Shown: positions 59,567 to 64,000 of the stretch, one piece after another
Position numbering within the stretch: position 1 is the stretch's first letter
Layout: every line of letters starts with the position of its first letter
IMG/VR virus record: IMGVR_UViG_3300045970_000794
Coordinates: 186,001 to 250,000 of that record
DNA: 64,000 bases
Strand: one strand, 5' to 3'
The notes under the pieces: model-generated
What the model was told of the DNA's origin: nothing
The model's database searches: none
Seen by the model: the letters and a program-made list of their open reading frames with translations, nothing else
Translations under genes and position numbers: made by a program

Positions 59567-60268
59567 TTACAATAAAAATTTATCTAAAAAATCATTTAAA
59601 TTTTCATTTATTATTTTACTACCATTAATTTTTGATTCCATGAATGGTGATGCTTTTTCTCTATTTCTGAATATCCAAGAACCTGGTGTACTAGGACTAG
59701 TAACAATATCCCAACAAATTATTTCAAAATCATCTTGTACGATAAATCTACCATTAACTTCTTCCAATGAACCAACACCTCTTGATGAAACACCAATCAT
59801 AATACCTTTTCTTAGTAAATTAGCAACCATATCACCTTGACATGAAATAATACCAAAATTGATAAATCCTGGTGACATAATAATTTCCATTTCACCTACC
59901 AAGGTATTACCTTCCCACCACATTTTGGTTATATTGTGTGCGATGCGTTCAACTGAAATAATAGAAGATTCTGGATGGTCTGATTCACCAATAGCTCTAA
60001 CGTCTCTGATTAGCTCTTGATAATTATTTGCTTCACGTTTTAATATTTGTTCGGAATAAATTCGTCCATTACGGTTTTCAATACCATATTTTTGTAATAC
60101 AACGAATACTTTTAATGGTTCTTCAATTACGAATTGTCTGGATTCTAGTTTCTGAATTTCAGTTATGAATTTTTTGTTTCGAGAATCCCTAGGGTCAATA
60201 TACCCATCATTCTCGATTAAATATCCATAACCAGATTCACCAGCTTTTAATATTTTAATATCTGACAT
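59567..60268 (-). CDS. Prohead core protease (T4 gp21-like)
   Basis: NRNGRIY, GESDHP, GVSSRGVGS, DIVTSPS. Confidence 0.93.
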   Translation of the reverse strand: MSDIKILKAGESGYGYLIENDGYIDPRDSRNKKFITEIQKLESRQFVIEEPLKVFVVLQKYGIENRNGRIYSEQILKREANNYQELIRDVRAIGESDHPESSIISVERIAHNITKMWWEGNTLVGEMEIIMSPGFINFGIISCQGDMVANLLRKGIMIGVSSRGVGSLEEVNGRFIVQDDFEIICWDIVTSPSTPGSWIFRNREKASPFMESKINGSKIINENLNDFLDKFLL

Positions 60269-60306
60269 ATTCTAACATTTTATTATAAATATGTCCAATA
60301 AATCAA

Positions 60307-60335
60307 AAAGCCCTAGATGTATATCTAGGGCCTTT
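60307..60335 (-). terminator. Intrinsic terminator
   Basis: GCCCTAGAT-gtat-ATCTAGGGC. Confidence 0.7.
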
Positions 60336-60353
60336 AGTTATAGTTAAGTTTAA

Positions 60354-60788
60354 TTATTTTTTACTTTTATAAAAGCTAAAAAACTCATTAGAATCCAATA
60401 TTTCATCAACAATTAATTTCGTAATATTAGTTAATTCAGTATTCAATTCATCCGAATCAATACTCAATTCATTTTTCTGGTATAATGTTATTTCACAATT
60501 CATAAAACTACGCTTACCGTATTGAATCCCAGATTCTCGCATATCCAAATCAACTAATATTCGGTCATGGATGAATTGCTGTTTATTTATTTTAGAATAT
60601 AATTTTTGCTTTATTTGCTTATTGATTTGACTTATTACCCTATCATATGAAACATCACCTTCAAGCTTTGGTTCACCCCACGCTGACATGTTAATATAGA
60701 TTGATTTTGGGTTTTTAGTATCAACAGTACCAGAAACGATACAGTAATTGTTGGAAACATTAATTTTATTTTCTTTACCTCTTTTCAT
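60354..60788 (-). CDS. Hypothetical protein
   Basis: 144-aa ORF. Confidence 0.6.
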   Translation of the reverse strand: MKRGKENKINVSNNYCIVSGTVDTKNPKSIYINMSAWGEPKLEGDVSYDRVISQINKQIKQKLYSKINKQQFIHDRILVDLDMRESGIQYGKRSFMNCEITLYQKNELSIDSDELNTELTNITKLIVDEILDSNEFFSFYKSKK

Positions 60789-60859
60789 AATAAAAAATCC
60801 TCACTCTTTTCACCAATTATAGTGAAAAAAATGAGGATTGTCAAGTATTATTTAATATA

Positions 60860-61234
60860 TTATTTAAATATGTTCTGTGCGAATATTGCGATTGCCATAA
60901 GTGCTTGGATAACAATCCAAATCATTAGTGCCTGAGTTCTAAAAGTTTTTAATCTATCAATATCACTTATTTTTTCTTTTAATTGTGTAGGGGAAACGAT
61001 TTCTTCCATTCTTCGTTTCCAATTAGTCAATTCTTTGAGTTCACTAGGTGATGTTACTGCATCAAAATTTGATTTCCACTCATTAATAGTTTTAATCTCA
61101 AATTCGTGAGTTCCAATAACATTAAGTCTTTCCTCAATATGCCCTAGTCGCTCACTAAAGCTCACTTGATTTTCAGCGATTGTATTTAATCTATGAAGTA
61201 TTAATTCTAAATTAATTTTTTGTTCATCTGCCAT
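60860..61234 (-). CDS. Coiled-coil protein with C-terminal transmembrane helix
   Basis: Ends ALMIWIVIQALMAIAIFAQNIFK. Confidence 0.55.
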   Translation of the reverse strand: MADEQKINLELILHRLNTIAENQVSFSERLGHIEERLNVIGTHEFEIKTINEWKSNFDAVTSPSELKELTNWKRRMEEIVSPTQLKEKISDIDRLKTFRTQALMIWIVIQALMAIAIFAQNIFK

Positions 61235-61249
61235 AACATACTTTTGTTT

Positions 61250-62032
61250 TTAATTATTCGTTAAATCTGTTTTTAAAACAATAAGTTTATTCATATTTTC
61301 GTTGTAATTCGATGAATTATAAGTCATAGTTAGTAATTTATCTTTAACTTGTGATAATTTTTCTTTTACATTAGAATCATTGTTAATTAATTTTGCGTCA
61401 ATTAAATCAACGCATTCAGTTACAATATCTTTTTGTGATTGTTCTTTAACCACTTCATCAGTTTCAATTAAAGTTTTAAGTAATATTCGTTCATTTTCAT
61501 TTAAATCACTATATTTCTCATTAAATTTCTTAATGGCAATAGTAGCGATAGCGTTCGTTGGGATTAAATTTTCTTTAATCGTTTCTTTTGGTTTATTACT
61601 TTTAATGTAATTAGTTATGTTGTTATAAGACTCTGTAATAGTTTCAACGTATAAAGGATTGTTACTCATGAAAATTATTTTAGTAATATCTTCATGTAAT
61701 TTAGTCATTTTATCGTCATAAGGTTTATCTAACCTTGTTTTATATTTACCTAATTTTTCAGCTAAATTTTCATTAGCTTTTTGAATGTCAGTTTTTTTGA
61801 AATCTCTTAAATATTGAACGTTAAGTTTTGTAAAATTAATAGCATTATTTTCATTGATATCAGATTTATCTTCTAAATTGGTATAAACCAAGAATTCAGT
61901 TCTTAAAATTTTATCTTTTTTAATAGCCTTAACATATTCACTAAATATCGCTTTCTTAGTCTCATCTTTTTTAATGATGGACTCAATTAATAGGTCATAA
62001 AAAGCATTTTTTATTTTACCAAAATTCTGCAT
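61250..62032 (-). CDS. Hypothetical head-module protein
   Basis: 260-aa helical ORF downstream of portal. Confidence 0.6.
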   Translation of the reverse strand: MQNFGKIKNAFYDLLIESIIKKDETKKAIFSEYVKAIKKDKILRTEFLVYTNLEDKSDINENNAINFTKLNVQYLRDFKKTDIQKANENLAEKLGKYKTRLDKPYDDKMTKLHEDITKIIFMSNNPLYVETITESYNNITNYIKSNKPKETIKENLIPTNAIATIAIKKFNEKYSDLNENERILLKTLIETDEVVKEQSQKDIVTECVDLIDAKLINNDSNVKEKLSQVKDKLLTMTYNSSNYNENMNKLIVLKTDLTNN

Positions 62033-62074
62033 AACATTTATTTATTAATAAATATTGTAATTACTCGAAAGAGC

Positions 62075-64000
62075 CTATATTTCTCTTAACTTTTTATTAA
62101 TATCCTCAATCATATTGTTGATATTATCATTAATCTTTAGGTTTTTATCCGAAATCTTAGTAGTATGTTCACGAATTAATTTATCTTCTGGCACTTGTGA
62201 ATTGATTAATCGGTCCATATACATCGATTGATACTTTGATGTTTTAGCATCTAATTTTTCACTAAGCAATTTTTTTTGCTCAGCTAATAATTTTTCAGCA
62301 TTCTTTAATAATATTCTGTTAGATTCACCAAATGCTGGGACTTCAGTATCTTCAGCACCAGCTTCACCGCCAGCTTCTGTATCAGCACCAAATTCAGTTT
62401 CTGCACCAGCTTCACCACCAGTATCTTCACCACCTTCAACAGGGGTTTCATCACCGAATCCACCACCCCCGAAGCCGCCTCCACCGCCGCCTCCACTAGC
62501 ACCAGCATCACCACCAGCTTCTTCACCACCACCAACATCTTCACCAGCAGCAATTTTTTCTAAAGCTTTAGGGTCACCATAAATGTTGTCAACTTTATCA
62601 AAGAAACCAGTTTGTTTAATAATAGAAGCTGTTTTAGCAAGTTCAGCAGCCGCAGCTTTTTCAATCCTTTGCTCAAGTAAATCTTGTTTAATTTCTTCAT
62701 CACTAAATCCTAGGATTTCTTTTTTAGCTTTTGTCATTGACATTGCTTGGAAACCATTACCAGAATCACCAACTGCATCTCTATATAACGTGATTTTTTG
62801 TTGTAAATGTTCAATTTTCAACATCTCAGCTTGAGTTGATGGGTTATTAAGTGTTAGAATGAAATTATCCAATTCATCATCAAAACCTAAAATGTATAAA
62901 TGTATGATGGCAATTTTATTTAATTCCATCAATATAGCTTGTTGTATACGGTTAATTGTTCTAGAGAAACGAATATCCATCAATGCTAAATTTTTACCTT
63001 CACCAATAGCAGCATCAAAACCTAAAAATGGTTTTGGAATACGTAAAGCGGTAAATAATTTATTCTGTAAATATTCAATATCAGCAATTTCAGATAAGTT
63101 TGATGCACCTGGTAACGTATCAATTGGGCTTGGTGCGTTTTCATCACGAACTGGAACGAAAATATCTTGGTCTTGCCCTAGTTGATTATACCTTAAATCG
63201 ATTTGCCCTGTTGCTGAATCAACAACTGGTAAACGTTTGAATCTACTTGCAATCTCATTAACATAAGCTGCAACATCATTATCATCAATGTTACCAACAT
63301 ATATCTTATAAATTCTACGTTCTGGAGCTCTAGTAACACGATAAATTAACATCGCATCTTCCGATAACAATAATTGTTTCCAGATTCTACGAGCTTTTTC
63401 AAGTACTGATGTACCATATGGTAATTTTCTATCATCACCTAATAATCTGAAATGCGCTATTTGCCATGAATTGAATTCAACATCTTTGGTTTTCCAATAA
63501 AACTTAATCTTATTATCATACTCAGTTTTAGTACTATCAGAACCCATTACACGACTTCTAGCCAATAACATGTTATATAAATCACCTTCTCTACGTTCCA
63601 TTTCGAAATTAGGCATTTGTCTAGCACCAATAACGCCACCTTTTTCATCAACATTTAAAAACACAAAGTTATCACCATATTTACAAAGATTTCTAGCCCA
63701 TGCTGGTAAATTAGTATGACAATCTAAACGATTGAAGAATAAATCTTCCAATATTGTTTTAACTCTACTACTTTCAGAATAAATGTTTAGAATTTTACCT
63801 TTATCATTAGGTGTTGTTGATTCTTCCATCATAATATCCAATGCGGCCGCAATTTCTGGAAAAAATTCCATAGATTCAAAGTCACTATAAGAACCAATTC
63901 TAGTTACTTCATAATGAATTGATTGTTGATACATTTCTCCATCAACTTTTTGCCATAATTGGCTAAGATAACGATTTTGTTGTGCTTGTGTCTTAGCTAC
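62075..64000 (-). CDS. Portal protein (T4 gp20-like); 5' end beyond window
   Basis: PEIAAALD, EDAMLIYRVTRAPERRIY, IDTLPGASNL, DIEYL..LF.AL; frame open to 64000. Confidence 0.95.
   Translation of the reverse strand, partial: VAKTQAQQNRYLSQLWQKVDGEMYQQSIHYEVTRIGSYSDFESMEFFPEIAAALDIMMEESTTPNDKGKILNIYSESSRVKTILEDLFFNRLDCHTNLPAWARNLCKYGDNFVFLNVDEKGGVIGARQMPNFEMERREGDLYNMLLARSRVMGSDSTKTEYDNKIKFYWKTKDVEFNSWQIAHFRLLGDDRKLPYGTSVLEKARRIWKQLLLSEDAMLIYRVTRAPERRIYKIYVGNIDDNDVAAYVNEIASRFKRLPVVDSATGQIDLRYNQLGQDQDIFVPVRDENAPSPIDTLPGASNLSEIADIEYLQNKLFTALRIPKPFLGFDAAIGEGKNLALMDIRFSRTINRIQQAILMELNKIAIIHLYILGFDDELDNFILTLNNPSTQAEMLKIEHLQQKITLYRDAVGDSGNGFQAMSMTKAKKEILGFSDEEIKQDLLEQRIEKAAAAELAKTASIIKQTGFFDKVDNIYGDPKALEKIAAGEDVGGGEEAGGDAGASGGGGGGGFGGGGFGDETPVEGGEDTGGEAGAETEFGADTEAGGEAGAEDTEVPAFGESNRILLKNAEKLLAEQKKLLSEKLDAKTSKYQSMYMDRLINSQVPEDKLIREHTTKISDKNLKINDNINNMIEDINKKLREI

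Noticed and set aside
3669-63185. Short antisense or nested ORFs in the track (e.g. 3669, 13226, 23663, 27989, 58118, 62859)
   Set aside because: They are shadows of long, well-supported genes and show no motifs of their own.
1-64000. Stop-codon reassignment as in some large phages
   Set aside because: Core genes are intact in the standard code. The neck gene ends in TAG where its duplicate has TAA. The one internal stop seen is TAA.
1-64000. tRNA, rRNA or group I introns
   Set aside because: None recognised by eye; intergenic spaces are short and core genes are uninterrupted apart from the intein. A covariance-model scan was not possible.

Overview
AT-rich segment of a large T4-like tailed phage, probably a jumbo phage. 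The host is most likely Bacteroidota: TTTG-N19/20-TAnnTTTG promoters are present and most starts have A-rich leaders without Shine-Dalgarno motifs. The window holds the head module (portal, prohead protease, scaffold, major capsid protein), a neck protein, a family B DNA polymerase with a LAGLIDADG intein, several tail-fibre-like genes with 14-aa SHAEG repeats, a gp55-like sigma factor, a gp5-like baseplate protein and a ~19 kb glycosylation/nucleotide-sugar/methyltransferase region. It also carries at least seven free-standing nuclease genes. The main unexplained pattern is that three structural genes (neck, BppU-like, major capsid) each have a convergent nuclease cassette at their 3' end, and beyond it an orphan, recoded second copy of their last 12-22 codons. 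This looks like mobile nuclease cassettes that replace the 3' end of their target gene. Other leads: an RHH fused to an apparently inactive prohead-protease copy behind a perfect 14-bp inverted repeat, a recurrent ATATTTAT promoter-like motif, a candidate structured leader RNA, a candidate -1 frameshift, and many [ST]GxT motifs in virion proteins. All assignments were made by eye from motifs; no database searches were run.
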